64,000 nt of DNA from positions 185,019-249,018 of the forward strand of contig DFEZ01000002.1 of NCBI GenBank assembly GCA_002369415.1, given 5' to 3'. The notes beneath the pieces are model-generated. The model was not told where the DNA came from, did no database searches, and saw nothing but the letters and a program-made list of their open reading frames with translations. Source of the DNA: Bacillales bacterium UBA3789 (GTDB lineage: Bacteria; Bacillota_I; Bacilli_A; RF39; UBA660). Every line of letters starts with the position of its first letter. The first letter of the stretch is position 1. Positions 8,900 to 18,637 of this stretch are shown piece after piece. The position numbers and the translations under genes were made by a program.

Positions 8900-11800
8900 T
8901 TATTTCTTTATTTTTTCTACTTTGATAAATGCTTCTTCATCATTAAGTTCACATTTATATTTATCTTTTAAACTAATATCTTTGATTAGTTCATCTCCTA
9001 ATACTTCACCCATTACGTAATCTTTATAAAGTTTAAACATTTCATCTATCTTATCAGTACCATTATAGTAAACTTTGATATGATCAGTGATTACGAAATC
9101 AGCATCTTTTCTTAGAGATTGTACTTTACGTACGAATTCACGAGCTAATCCTTCTAATATTAATTCTTCAGTTAATTCTGTGTCTAGAACTACTATTGTT
9201 CTATTATTACTTTGAGAAGCATATCCTTCTTTTTGTTTAATTGTGATTAAAGTGTTTTCATTATCAAGTTTGAAGTCTTCTCCAGCAAGTTTTACTGTTA
9301 ATCCTTCTTCAGCAATTGTTTTTATTTCATTACTTGTTAACTTAGATAATACTTCTTGTAATTCTTTAATCTTTGGTCCTAATTCTTTTCCTAATACTTT
9401 GAAATTAGGTTTAACAATATATTCGATATATTCATTCATATCTTCTTTAAACATTATTTGTTTAACATTTAATTCTTCCTCTATTACTGGTAATAAATCT
9501 CCAATAATCATTTCATCACTCTTTGGAAGAATTAGACTATTAATTGGTTGTCTAACTTTAATATTTACTTCTTCACGAGCAAATCTTCCTAATGAACAAA
9601 TATCTCTTACTAAATCCATTCTCTCTTCTACTGCTTCATCTATTAAATCAGTGTTTTCTACAGGGAAATCTGCTAAATGAACTGATTTTTCATTTGTTAA
9701 TTTTTGATAGATTTCTTCAGTCATAAATGGAGTCATTGGAGCACATAATTTACATAGTGCAACTAATGCTTCATACATTGTTAAGTATACTTGTTTTTTA
9801 GACTCTGTTAATTCTGAATCCCAGAATCTTCTTCTATTACTTCTAATATACCAGTTAGATAAATCATCATTTAAGAAAGGTACAATTAACTTAGTTGCTT
9901 TATTTAAATCATATTCAGCATATGCTTCATTTACACCTTTAATTAATTTATTTAATTTAGATATTAACCATCTATCGATTAATTCTCTATCTTTAACTGG
10001 GATATCATATTCTCTTGGATCAATATGATCTGCATTAGCATACATTTCAAAGAATGAATATGCATTCTTAAATGTAGAGATATATTTAGAATAAATTTCT
10101 TTTAATCCATCTACATCAAATTTTAATGGAGTCCATACAGGGGAAGCATATAACATATAGAATCTTACTGTATCTGCTCCATACTCTTCCATAATTTCAA
10201 ATGGAGAAATTGCATTTCCACGAGATTTATGCATCTTTTGACCATTTTTGTCTAATAATAAGTCATTTACTAATACATTCTTATATGGAGATTTTCCAGT
10301 TACGAATACTGAAATTACTAATAATGAATAGAACCATCCTCTTGTTTGGTCAATTCCTTCAGAAATAAAGTCTGCTGGGAATTGTTCATTGAATAATTTC
10401 TTATTCTCAAATGGATAATGATATTGAGCAAATGGCATAGCTCCACTATCGAACCAACAGTCAATAACATCTTTTACTCTTGTCATTTCTTTTCCACATT
10501 TTGGACATTTGATATGAACATCATCTACATATGGTCTATGTAATTCGATTGTTTCATCTATATCTTCAATTGCTTTTTCAACTAATTCTTTACGTGAACC
10601 AATCATTTCTTCATGACCACATGAACATCTCCATAGTGGGATTGGTGTTCCCCAATATCTATTTCTTGAAATAGCCCAATCATTCATATTCTCTAACCAG
10701 TTACCAAATCTTTTTTCTCCAACATAATCTGGATACCAATTAACTTTTTTATTTTCAGCAATAATTTCATCTTTTTTATCAGTTGTTCTGATATATAGTG
10801 ATGGTTTTGAATAATAAACAAGTGGTGTTTTACATCTCCAACAATGTGGATAATCATGGTTCATTTTTTGTTTCTTAAATAATTTATCATTTTCTGCTAA
10901 ATATTTAATAATTTCAACTTCTAGTTCTGGATCTACAACTAATCTTCCTTTCCAAGGTCCTTCAGTATAGCATCCATCTTCTCCTACTGGATTTACCATT
11001 GCTAAATCATATTTTAATCCAACTTCGTAGTCGTCTTGTCCAAAAGCTGGAGCAATGTGTACGATTCCTGTACCATCTTCCATTGTTACATAATCATCAC
11101 ATGTAACAATAAATGCTTTCTTTCCTTCAGGCATTTTTAATAATGGAAGTAATTGTTCATATTCTCTATTTTCTAAATCTTTTCCTTTATATGTTTCTAC
11201 TACTTCATAGTCATCACCTAAGATTTTATTAGCAAGTGCTTTAGCAACTATAAAGTTATATCCTTTAGATAAACATTTAACATATTCTTCTTTTGGATTT
11301 ACACATAATGCTGTATTTGAAAGTAATGTCCATGGAGTTGTAGTCCATACTAAGTAATAAGTATTTTCTTCATCTTTTGCTTTGAATGGAACATATACAG
11401 TATTTACTGATATTTCTTTATATCCTTGAGCAACTTCATGTGAAGCTAGTCCTGTTCCACATCTTGGACACCATGGAACAATCTTTAATCCTTCATAAAT
11501 ATGTCCTTCATCAAATATCTTCTTTAGAATCCACCATTCTGTTTCAATATAATCATTATTATATGTAACATATGGATTATCTAAATCAATAAATTGGCCC
11601 ATTTCTCTTGTAAATTTAGTAAAGTATTCTTCATTTTTCCAAACACTTTCGCGACATTTTTGATTGAATTCTTTGATACCATATTTTTCAATATCACCTT
11701 TATCTTTGAATCCTAATTCTTTTTCTACTTGTACTTCTACTGGTAATCCATGAGTATCCCATCCAACTTTTCTTAATACTCTATATCCTTGCATTACTTT

Positions 11801-12013
11801 GTATTTAGTTACAGTATCTTTTAATAATTTAGCCATCATATGGTGAATTCCAGGCATACCATTAGCAGTTGCTGGTCCATCATAGAAGACATAATTTTCT
11901 CTATCTTTTCTGTTTTTAATAGATTTTTCAAAAATCTTATTCTTTCCCCAATACTCACTGTATTTGTTTTCTACTACACTGATTTTGTCTTGTTCTAATT
12001 TTTTGAATTTCAT
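8900..12013 (-). CDS. ileS: Isoleucyl-tRNA synthetase, long type-2 (eukaryote-like) form
   Basis: 1037 aa. HIGH-type motif PGIHHMMAK, KMSKS as KMHKS, and a CP1 editing domain. The length and the lack of a C-terminal Zn-finger tail point to type 2. The RBS GGGAGGAAAG sits directly after the antiporter stop. Confidence 0.9.
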   Translation of the reverse strand: MKFKKLEQDKISVVENKYSEYWGKNKIFEKSIKNRKDRENYVFYDGPATANGMPGIHHMMAKLLKDTVTKYKVMQGYRVLRKVGWDTHGLPVEVQVEKELGFKDKGDIEKYGIKEFNQKCRESVWKNEEYFTKFTREMGQFIDLDNPYVTYNNDYIETEWWILKKIFDEGHIYEGLKIVPWCPRCGTGLASHEVAQGYKEISVNTVYVPFKAKDEENTYYLVWTTTPWTLLSNTALCVNPKEEYVKCLSKGYNFIVAKALANKILGDDYEVVETYKGKDLENREYEQLLPLLKMPEGKKAFIVTCDDYVTMEDGTGIVHIAPAFGQDDYEVGLKYDLAMVNPVGEDGCYTEGPWKGRLVVDPELEVEIIKYLAENDKLFKKQKMNHDYPHCWRCKTPLVYYSKPSLYIRTTDKKDEIIAENKKVNWYPDYVGEKRFGNWLENMNDWAISRNRYWGTPIPLWRCSCGHEEMIGSRKELVEKAIEDIDETIELHRPYVDDVHIKCPKCGKEMTRVKDVIDCWFDSGAMPFAQYHYPFENKKLFNEQFPADFISEGIDQTRGWFYSLLVISVFVTGKSPYKNVLVNDLLLDKNGQKMHKSRGNAISPFEIMEEYGADTVRFYMLYASPVWTPLKFDVDGLKEIYSKYISTFKNAYSFFEMYANADHIDPREYDIPVKDRELIDRWLISKLNKLIKGVNEAYAEYDLNKATKLIVPFLNDDLSNWYIRSNRRRFWDSELTESKKQVYLTMYEALVALCKLCAPMTPFMTEEIYQKLTNEKSVHLADFPVENTDLIDEAVEERMDLVRDICSLGRFAREEVNIKVRQPINSLILPKSDEMIIGDLLPVIEEELNVKQIMFKEDMNEYIEYIVKPNFKVLGKELGPKIKELQEVLSKLTSNEIKTIAEEGLTVKLAGEDFKLDNENTLITIKQKEGYASQSNNRTIVVLDTELTEELILEGLAREFVRKVQSLRKDADFVITDHIKVYYNGTDKIDEMFKLYKDYVMGEVLGDELIKDISLKDKYKCELNDEEAFIKVEKIKK

Positions 12014-12026
12014 GTTTCTTTCCTCC

Positions 12027-12986
12027 CTAAAATACTATTACGTATCCATAATAAAATATGAATAATAATAAAAGCATAATTCCTTCTTTTCTAGTAATTC
12101 TATAGTCATCAAATGAAAATAGAAATAATACAAATGCACTTACTACCATTACTAATATATCAATATAACTAAATGCAATTGTTCCAATTCCTCCTAATAA
12201 AGCAACTGGTACTCCAACAACTATTCCAATATTGAATATGTTACTTCCTACTACATTTCCTATAGCTATATCATATTCTCCTTTTAAAGTTGCTGTTACT
12301 GATGTAACTAATTCAGGTAAGCTTGTTCCTAAAGCAATTATTGTAAGTGATATTAGTCTTTCACTTACTCCTAATATTTTTGCTATATCACAAGCACTAT
12401 CTACTACAAAGTTACTTCCTAATATTATTCCAGTTATTCCAATAACTGTTAATAAAATTGCTTTCTTTAGACTAATACTTTTTTCTTCTTCTTTTTCTAT
12501 TTCTTCTTCTGATGCTTTTCTTCTTGCCATCTTAATCAAATAATATAAAAATACTGCGAAGAATAATATTAATACTATTCCATCACTTCTTGTAAATGTA
12601 TTTTTAAAATTATCAAATAGATTATCTGAAAGTAATACTCCAAATAGCATTGTTATTAACATTACTATTGGTAATTCTTTTTTAACTGTATTATTTTTAA
12701 CTACTAAACTATGTACGGTTGCACTGCAACCTATAATTAGTAAAATATTAATAATATTACTACCAATTACATTTCCTAAAACTATATCTCCACTTCCTAT
12801 TAGCATTGATTTAATGCTAACAGCAAATTCAGGAGCACTAGTTCCAAATGAAACTATTGTTAGTCCAATTAGCATTTTTGATATTTTTAATTTATTAGCA
12901 ATTCCAACTGCACCATCTACAAAGAAATCAGCACCTTTGATTAGTATAACAAATCCAATTATCAATAATATAATACTTATTAACAT
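12027..12986 (-). CDS. Na+/Ca2+ exchanger (CaCA/YrbG-family) membrane protein
   Basis: Two alpha-repeats with GTSAPE and GTSLPE signatures, about 10 TM helices. I moved the start to MLISIILL at 12986, because the track ORF start at 13043 would run through the T-box terminator. Confidence 0.75.
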   Translation of the reverse strand: MLISIILLIIGFVILIKGADFFVDGAVGIANKLKISKMLIGLTIVSFGTSAPEFAVSIKSMLIGSGDIVLGNVIGSNIINILLIIGCSATVHSLVVKNNTVKKELPIVMLITMLFGVLLSDNLFDNFKNTFTRSDGIVLILFFAVFLYYLIKMARRKASEEEIEKEEEKSISLKKAILLTVIGITGIILGSNFVVDSACDIAKILGVSERLISLTIIALGTSLPELVTSVTATLKGEYDIAIGNVVGSNIFNIGIVVGVPVALLGGIGTIAFSYIDILVMVVSAFVLFLFSFDDYRITRKEGIMLLLLFIFYYGYVIVF

Positions 12987-12994
12987 ACTATTCC

Positions 12995-13240
12995 CCTTTC
13001 TATAGAAATAAAAAAATGACTTCATCCATAAGGACGAAATCATCGCGGTACCACCTTAATTTATAAGTAAAATACTTATCTTAAAAACTATAACGCGTTA
13101 CCGTATTTATCTTATCCATAAATCGCAACTTGAAAGTGATCTAAATATTTTTTCCTTGTCTATTTCCACCCAACATAGACTCTCTATAAATTCCAAAATA
13201 TTCCGTCTTTCGCACATGCTTTCAGGAACTAATATAACAC
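12995..13240 (-). promoter_or_regulatory. T-box riboswitch leader with an Ile (AUC) specifier, promoter and terminator
   Basis: - Promoter: TTGTAA-N17-TATATT.
- Stem I: GAAAG...CTTTC base, AATATTTT/AAAATATT helix, AGAGAG bulge, and a distal hairpin GTCTAT-(GUUGGGUGGAA)-ATAGAC.
- Specifier loop: UAGAUCA, i.e. AUC followed by A.
- T-box sequence: AAGGTGGTACCGCG, visible on the plus strand as cgcggtaccacctt at 13054-13067.
- Terminator: a 12-bp hairpin (ATGATTTCGTCC / GGATGAAGTCAT) followed by TTTTTTTATTT. Confidence 0.7.
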
Positions 13241-13263
13241 ATTATTGTTTTATTTACAACAAA

Positions 13264-13290
13264 AAAGAAACTATTTGTTTCTTTTTTATT
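13264..13290 (-). terminator. Intrinsic terminator after the 13286-14632 gene
   Basis: AAGAAAC-TATTT-GTTTCTT hairpin with flanking A and T runs. Confidence 0.5.
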
Positions 13291-14632
13291 TTATTAGATC
13301 TTCTGATACTTTAAGGAATGGATATGGATCTAGACTAGTTACATTTCCATCTACTTCAAATTTTTCATCTGAATTTACGAATACAAATCTCTTAATTACA
13401 TAATCAGATTTTTCTTTATAGATTTGACTATCAAGAACCATATATCCACTATTTGAATTTAAAACATTCATATTTTTACAATGCCAATATTTAGCATATT
13501 CTATTGCTTCACATTCACCTTCAGATTTTACTGTTATTTTAAATTCACCATCATATGCTGAATCATGGAATTTAGATACATCGTAATTTCCTTCTTCATC
13601 TTTTGTATCATCTGCTAAATAATTTGTAATTGCGACTAAAAGTACTTTTCTTGCAGTTTCCTCAGGTATTTCTTGTAAAAATTTCTCTTTTCTTTCTTTT
13701 GCTGCTTTTTCAGCTTTTTCCATATCTTTTTTTATTTGTTCTTCTATACCATTTTCTAATTTCTTTTTAGCATCTTCTTTAGATATCTTAATATCTTTTT
13801 GCATATCACTAATAGTTATTGCCTTTTCTTCTAATTCTTCTATATCAAGTTTTTTATCAAAATTATATTTTAATCCATATTCAATTATATTTTCATTTTT
13901 ATATTCTTTTGTTATTAAGTAATAACTATATTTATTCTTTACATCTTCTATTTCTATGTAATTACTGTGATTATCTAAAGGTTTTATTCTTATACCATTT
14001 TCTACATACCAATAGAAATTATCATCAGAAATACTATATAGATATCCAATACCTTCTTTAGAATCTAATTTATATGAATTTTCATATGATACTTCATCTT
14101 TTACATTTAGATTTAATAATATTTTATTATTGTTTTCTGATGCAAAAACTACTAAATCTTGTCTTTTATCAGAATCTATATCAATATTTAATAATGTAAC
14201 AGTACTTGCTTTTATTTTATTCTTTTCTAAGTTTTCTTTAATTATTTTATCTAAATCACCTTTTTCTAATGATTTATGTATTGTTTCTCCATATTCAGTA
14301 TATTTAATTCTTTCTACTTTAGGCTTTTCTTCTTTCTTAGGTTTTAATAATAAAAGTAAAACTACTATAAGAACGATTAATACTGCAATAGAAATACCTA
14401 TTATTATAAATAATTTCTTTTTAGATATTTTTTTCTTTTCTTTTTTCTCTACTGGAGGAGTTGTTTCTTCTACTTTTTGTTCTTCTAATACTGGTTCAGT
14501 TTCTTCTTCAACAACTTCTTCATTTAATATTTCTTCTTCACTTACTGTTTCTAGTTTTTTTGTTGGAATATCATCTTCATGTGTTTCTTCTAAATCTTCT
14601 ATCCTTTTTAATTCTTTTGTTTTTTCTTCCAT
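13286..14632 (-). CDS. Hypothetical single-pass membrane protein with an acidic N-terminus and an extracytoplasmic domain
   Basis: N-terminal E-rich segment, TM helix (LFIIIGISIAVLIVLIVVLLLLL), and a 330-aa C-terminal domain with no family I recognise. Confidence 0.45.
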   Translation of the reverse strand: MEEKTKELKRIEDLEETHEDDIPTKKLETVSEEEILNEEVVEEETEPVLEEQKVEETTPPVEKKEKKKISKKKLFIIIGISIAVLIVLIVVLLLLLKPKKEEKPKVERIKYTEYGETIHKSLEKGDLDKIIKENLEKNKIKASTVTLLNIDIDSDKRQDLVVFASENNNKILLNLNVKDEVSYENSYKLDSKEGIGYLYSISDDNFYWYVENGIRIKPLDNHSNYIEIEDVKNKYSYYLITKEYKNENIIEYGLKYNFDKKLDIEELEEKAITISDMQKDIKISKEDAKKKLENGIEEQIKKDMEKAEKAAKERKEKFLQEIPEETARKVLLVAITNYLADDTKDEEGNYDVSKFHDSAYDGEFKITVKSEGECEAIEYAKYWHCKNMNVLNSNSGYMVLDSQIYKEKSDYVIKRFVFVNSDEKFEVDGNVTSLDPYPFLKVSEDLIK

Positions 14633-14671
14633 AAATGTATCTCCTTACAATAAAAGTAGACTTTTGTCTAC

Positions 14672-15106
14672 TTAATTATTAGAATCTAATTCTTCTAGTG
14701 CATCTAAAACTACTTTTTGTTGTTCTAAGATGACTTTTAGTTTTCCTTTTAGAATGGTAATATTCTTTTCTAATATGTTTTTATCATTTTCTAGTTTTTC
14801 AGTAGACAATAATGCTTCATTAATAATTCTACTTGCATTATTCTTTGCTTTACTAATGATAAGTTCACTTTCTTCCCTTGATATTCTTTTTATGTTTTCG
14901 CTTGTTTCTTCAGCTTTATTAATCGTATTTACTAAAGTATCTTCTAATCTTTTATAATAATTAAGTTCTTTTCTTAATTCTTGTATTTCCTGTTTTTGTT
15001 CGTCTACTTTATTTAATAACTTTTCTGTTTCTACTATTACTGTTTGAATAAAATTATTTACTTCACTACGATTATATCCGTTAGCTTCAAAACTAAACTT
15101 GTCCAT
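14672..15106 (-). CDS. divIVA: DivIVA-domain cell-division protein
   Basis: N-terminal F-x-x-x-x-x-GY-x-x-x-EV-x-x-F motif (FEANGYNRSEVNNFI) followed by coiled coil. It sits next to sepF and ileS, as is typical in Firmicutes. Confidence 0.8.
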   Translation of the reverse strand: MDKFSFEANGYNRSEVNNFIQTVIVETEKLLNKVDEQKQEIQELRKELNYYKRLEDTLVNTINKAEETSENIKRISREESELIISKAKNNASRIINEALLSTEKLENDKNILEKNITILKGKLKVILEQQKVVLDALEELDSNN

Positions 15107-15134
15107 ATAATCACCTCAGAAAGTATATTAATTT

Positions 15135-15578
15135 TTAAAAGAAATCTTCCTCTCCATCCTCTTTTTCATCTTTTTTACCTTTTGCTGTTTTAGCAGCATT
15201 TTGATCATCACTTATTTTTCCTTCAACGTTAACATTCTTTGGAGTACATAAGAATATTCCTCCACCTAATTTTTGAATGTCTCCTCCAATGGCATAGATT
15301 GTTCCATATAGGAAATCTACTATTCTTTTAGCTTGATCTGGTGTTACTCTTTTTAAATTAACAACTACTGCACTTCTATTTTTTAAGTAATCAGCTATTT
15401 GTTGACTTTCAGAATAAGCACGTGGTTCTAATAACATCATCTTTGATCCAGCCATACCATTTTGTTCATGATATTCTTCTTTTGAAGTTGTATAGTAATC
15501 GTCTTCTCCAGTTGCTTCTTCTTGTACTTCTCCACCAAAGAATCCTTTGATTTTATCTTTCATACCTTTTTCTCTCAT
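15135..15578 (-). CDS. sepF: Cell division protein SepF
   Basis: C-terminal SepF domain ([43 protein letters not shown]). Confidence 0.85.
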   Translation of the reverse strand: MREKGMKDKIKGFFGGEVQEEATGEDDYYTTSKEEYHEQNGMAGSKMMLLEPRAYSESQQIADYLKNRSAVVVNLKRVTPDQAKRIVDFLYGTIYAIGGDIQKLGGGIFLCTPKNVNVEGKISDDQNAAKTAKGKKDEKEDGEEDFF

Positions 15579-15690
15579 ATTTATACCTCCATTATTACTA
15601 ATTAATAACTACTTTAACTACTTTTTATTTTATCACAATATTTTTAAAAGCAAAAGTCAATTATATAATGTTTACACATTATAGACCTTT

Positions 15691-17649
15691 CTATTGTGCA
15701 GGTTGTTGAATATATGTTCCTTGTTGTACTGGTTGAGCTTGTTGTACAGGTTGTGTTGTTTGTTGGGCAGCTGCTATTTGTTGTTGCATTATTTGATTAA
15801 CGTCTTGTCCCTGTTGAATATATGTTCCTTGTTGTACTGGTTGAGCTGCATTCATATCTTGAATCAAATGTTTTGGTGTATTATCTCTATACCAAACATC
15901 TGCAAGATCAACGTTATCAGACAATGGTTGTGGATTTGGCATATCAAAGTACATTACTGTTGGTACTTTAAATGCTGAACCAAAGGCTACACAGTTTCCT
16001 GGTTTTAGGTTTTTCATCTGTAGCATTATTTCTGTTGATACATTTGGAACCATTTCCTTTATGTATTTTAAATCCACAGGGTGAATTGTTCTTAAAATTA
16101 TAAAGTTAGAACATTGAGATACACATGTATCTGATAATTCACTTGGTCTTTGTGTAATTAATCCTAAGAACATTCCATATTTACGTCCTTCTTTAGAGAT
16201 ACGTTCAAATATGTTGTATCCTAATAATTCTATATCTCTATCATGTCTAACATAACGGTGAGCTTCCTCTATTACAACATGATATGCTTCACTACCTCTT
16301 GGTTTTAATGTACTTAGTTTATTAAATAACATTCTAGATACTATTTTTGTAATTACTTTAGCAATTCTATCATCGATATAGTTAATATTAAAGTTAATTA
16401 TTTGAGCTCTAGAATTTGTTCTTTGATCCCATAATAAACTATCTATATATTGGCTTCTTGTTACATATGTTGGATATGTGAAATAAATTGCATTTTCTCC
16501 TGTAACAAGGGAATGTAAACGTACATTCATAATGTTAGCTGTTTCATATACTTTGTCACTCTTTAGGACACCTTCACTAACAAGAGCAAATTCCATTGCT
16601 TCTTCTAGATCTTGTAAAGTATAGAAATAATTTAATTCTTCTTCTGGAACTTCTATTTCATCATCAATGATATATCCTCTAAAGAATTCTACAACTAATT
16701 CCATTTCTTGCATCTTACCAGTTTTATCAACAAATAAACATTGTTTTAATGTTCTTGTATATCCTGGTTGTACTATTTGTGTTTGTAAATTAAGTGTAGT
16801 TGTATTAAATCTAGTTAATACTCCTATTACTTGGTCTCTTATTTTTGTAGATTCTGCTCCACTTAGCATAATATCTTGTAGAGCTCTTGCAATAATATCA
16901 TTTTTTCTTTTTGATACATTTTCACTAGTACCTGTAAGTATAGGAACTAATTTTAATGTTTTCTCTATAATTGGTAATTGAGATGGTGTAGTTGCATCTA
17001 ATAATAATGCTAAATCATCAACATCTAATAACCAAATTGGTATTCTTAATATTTCTGAATCTGGTTCTACTGTATTAGTAGTATATGTTTTATAATTAAG
17101 GGCTGGATTATTAATATGTAACTCTTTAAAAGCATTTGTATACTCTCCATAAGCATCAAAGAAAAAGAATGCTGAATTTGTTGGTGGAGTATTACTTCTA
17201 AATAATTTTTGTAGAATAGATGCTACACAAGAAGATTTACCTGAACCAGAGTTTCCTAATATAGAAAAGTGCGTATTAAAGAAATCATTAATGCTTACAT
17301 TAATTTTATATCCTTCATATACGTTACTTGTTCCAAAGTTTGTAAATCCTTTTGTTAGTTCTTGTCTACCAAATAGTAATTCTAACTCTTCTGATTTTAT
17401 AAGTCTTACATTTGATTTAAATGAAGGTTTTGTTCCTCCACCAGATATAAAACGTCCTTTTGTAATCTCTCCTACTATTGTTACAATCATAGTAGTTTGA
17501 TTAACATTAGCAATCTCTCCTACTACTTTCTTTTCTGTATCATCTTCAAAGATTACGTGATAGTTTACTAAACTAGGCTGTTCATTAATATTAATGCTTA
17601 GTTTGACAGTTACGCTATTATCGATAATTTCTTCTATTTTACCTAGCAT
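15691..17649 (-). CDS. HerA/FtsK-superfamily (DUF87-like) ATPase with an N-terminal HAS-barrel-like domain and a Gln-rich repetitive C-terminal tail
   Basis: Walker A ILGNSGSGKSS, Walker B HVVIEEAHRY, and the HerA-type segment EGRKYGMFLGLITQRP. I moved the start to MLGKIEE at 17649 because it follows GGGTGATTGG. The C-terminus contains duplicated QPVQQGTYIQQ segments. Confidence 0.6.
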   Translation of the reverse strand: MLGKIEEIIDNSVTVKLSININEQPSLVNYHVIFEDDTEKKVVGEIANVNQTTMIVTIVGEITKGRFISGGGTKPSFKSNVRLIKSEELELLFGRQELTKGFTNFGTSNVYEGYKINVSINDFFNTHFSILGNSGSGKSSCVASILQKLFRSNTPPTNSAFFFFDAYGEYTNAFKELHINNPALNYKTYTTNTVEPDSEILRIPIWLLDVDDLALLLDATTPSQLPIIEKTLKLVPILTGTSENVSKRKNDIIARALQDIMLSGAESTKIRDQVIGVLTRFNTTTLNLQTQIVQPGYTRTLKQCLFVDKTGKMQEMELVVEFFRGYIIDDEIEVPEEELNYFYTLQDLEEAMEFALVSEGVLKSDKVYETANIMNVRLHSLVTGENAIYFTYPTYVTRSQYIDSLLWDQRTNSRAQIINFNINYIDDRIAKVITKIVSRMLFNKLSTLKPRGSEAYHVVIEEAHRYVRHDRDIELLGYNIFERISKEGRKYGMFLGLITQRPSELSDTCVSQCSNFIILRTIHPVDLKYIKEMVPNVSTEIMLQMKNLKPGNCVAFGSAFKVPTVMYFDMPNPQPLSDNVDLADVWYRDNTPKHLIQDMNAAQPVQQGTYIQQGQDVNQIMQQQIAAAQQTTQPVQQAQPVQQGTYIQQPAQ

Positions 17650-17725
17650 CCAATCACCCTCTATTCTACATAAGTATATCAAAAAACAATATAAAAAAAA
17701 AGTCGTTAAAGACTTTTTCTTTCAT

Positions 17726-18526
17726 TTACACTTCTTTTACGTATAATGCTCCAGTAGCATTATCTCTTCCTCTAAATGGAATTATATAATTAACATATTT
17801 TTTTCTTAATAATCTTATTGGTACATGTAAGTGTTGATTAATATTAACTGCTTCATTGATAATACTCTTTAATATATCTGGTTTCTTATTTATATTAATC
17901 AGCTTATTTATTTTTTTATCTGTAATTAGATCTGTTACTCCATCAGTAAATAGAAATAACATATCATAATCATTTTTTACTATAGTAGTTGATATTCTAC
18001 ATAGTTCTTCAGATAATCCTATACAGGCATTAATAATATTATTATTTGAAAAGTATCTTAAATCATCTTTTCTAACTCCACCATATTTATAATAACTCCA
18101 GACATCTGAGTCATCTTCTGTTATTTGAATTAATTTATTATCTTTTAAAAGATATCCACGGGAGTCTCCTACATTTAGAAATATTGTTTTTCTATATGTG
18201 ATAAGTGCTAGAGTTAGAGTTGTTCCTATATTATTGATACCAAATTCTTTTATTAAATCATTATTTATTTTCTTTACTAATCTTCTTAATAGACTTTCAG
18301 TTTTTTCTACGTCTTTTAATTCTTCTGATTCTTTATTAAGAAACCATTTTTCTATAGATGAAGTTACATATTTTGAGGCAATTTCTCCATGAGCTTTTCC
18401 ACCCATTCCATCAGCGACTAAAAGTAATTTAATTCTTTTATTCTTTGGATGAGAAATTGCTAAAGCAGCATCTTCATTTTTATGTCTTATTAAACCAATG
18501 TCTGTTTCTGTTTGTAATAATTCCAT
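17726..18526 (-). CDS. PP2C-family Ser/Thr phosphatase with no adjacent kinase
   Basis: Motifs LLVADGMGG, GEIAS and FLFTDGVTD. The start is taken at MELLQTE. The gene ends 43 nt upstream of the HerA-like ATPase gene. Confidence 0.8.
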   Translation of the reverse strand: MELLQTETDIGLIRHKNEDAALAISHPKNKRIKLLLVADGMGGKAHGEIASKYVTSSIEKWFLNKESEELKDVEKTESLLRRLVKKINNDLIKEFGINNIGTTLTLALITYRKTIFLNVGDSRGYLLKDNKLIQITEDDSDVWSYYKYGGVRKDDLRYFSNNNIINACIGLSEELCRISTTIVKNDYDMLFLFTDGVTDLITDKKINKLININKKPDILKSIINEAVNINQHLHVPIRLLRKKYVNYIIPFRGRDNATGALYVKEV

Positions 18527-18607
18527 ATATAACTCCAATCTACTAAATATTATAATCATCATGTCAAATAATGCAAATAATTATACACTTTACACTGTAA
18601 ACTTACA

Positions 18608-18637
18608 CAAAAAAAGATAGGCATTGCCTATCTTATT
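18608..18637 (-). terminator. Intrinsic terminator after asnS
   Basis: GATAGGCA-TTGCCTATC hairpin with flanking A and T runs. Confidence 0.6.
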
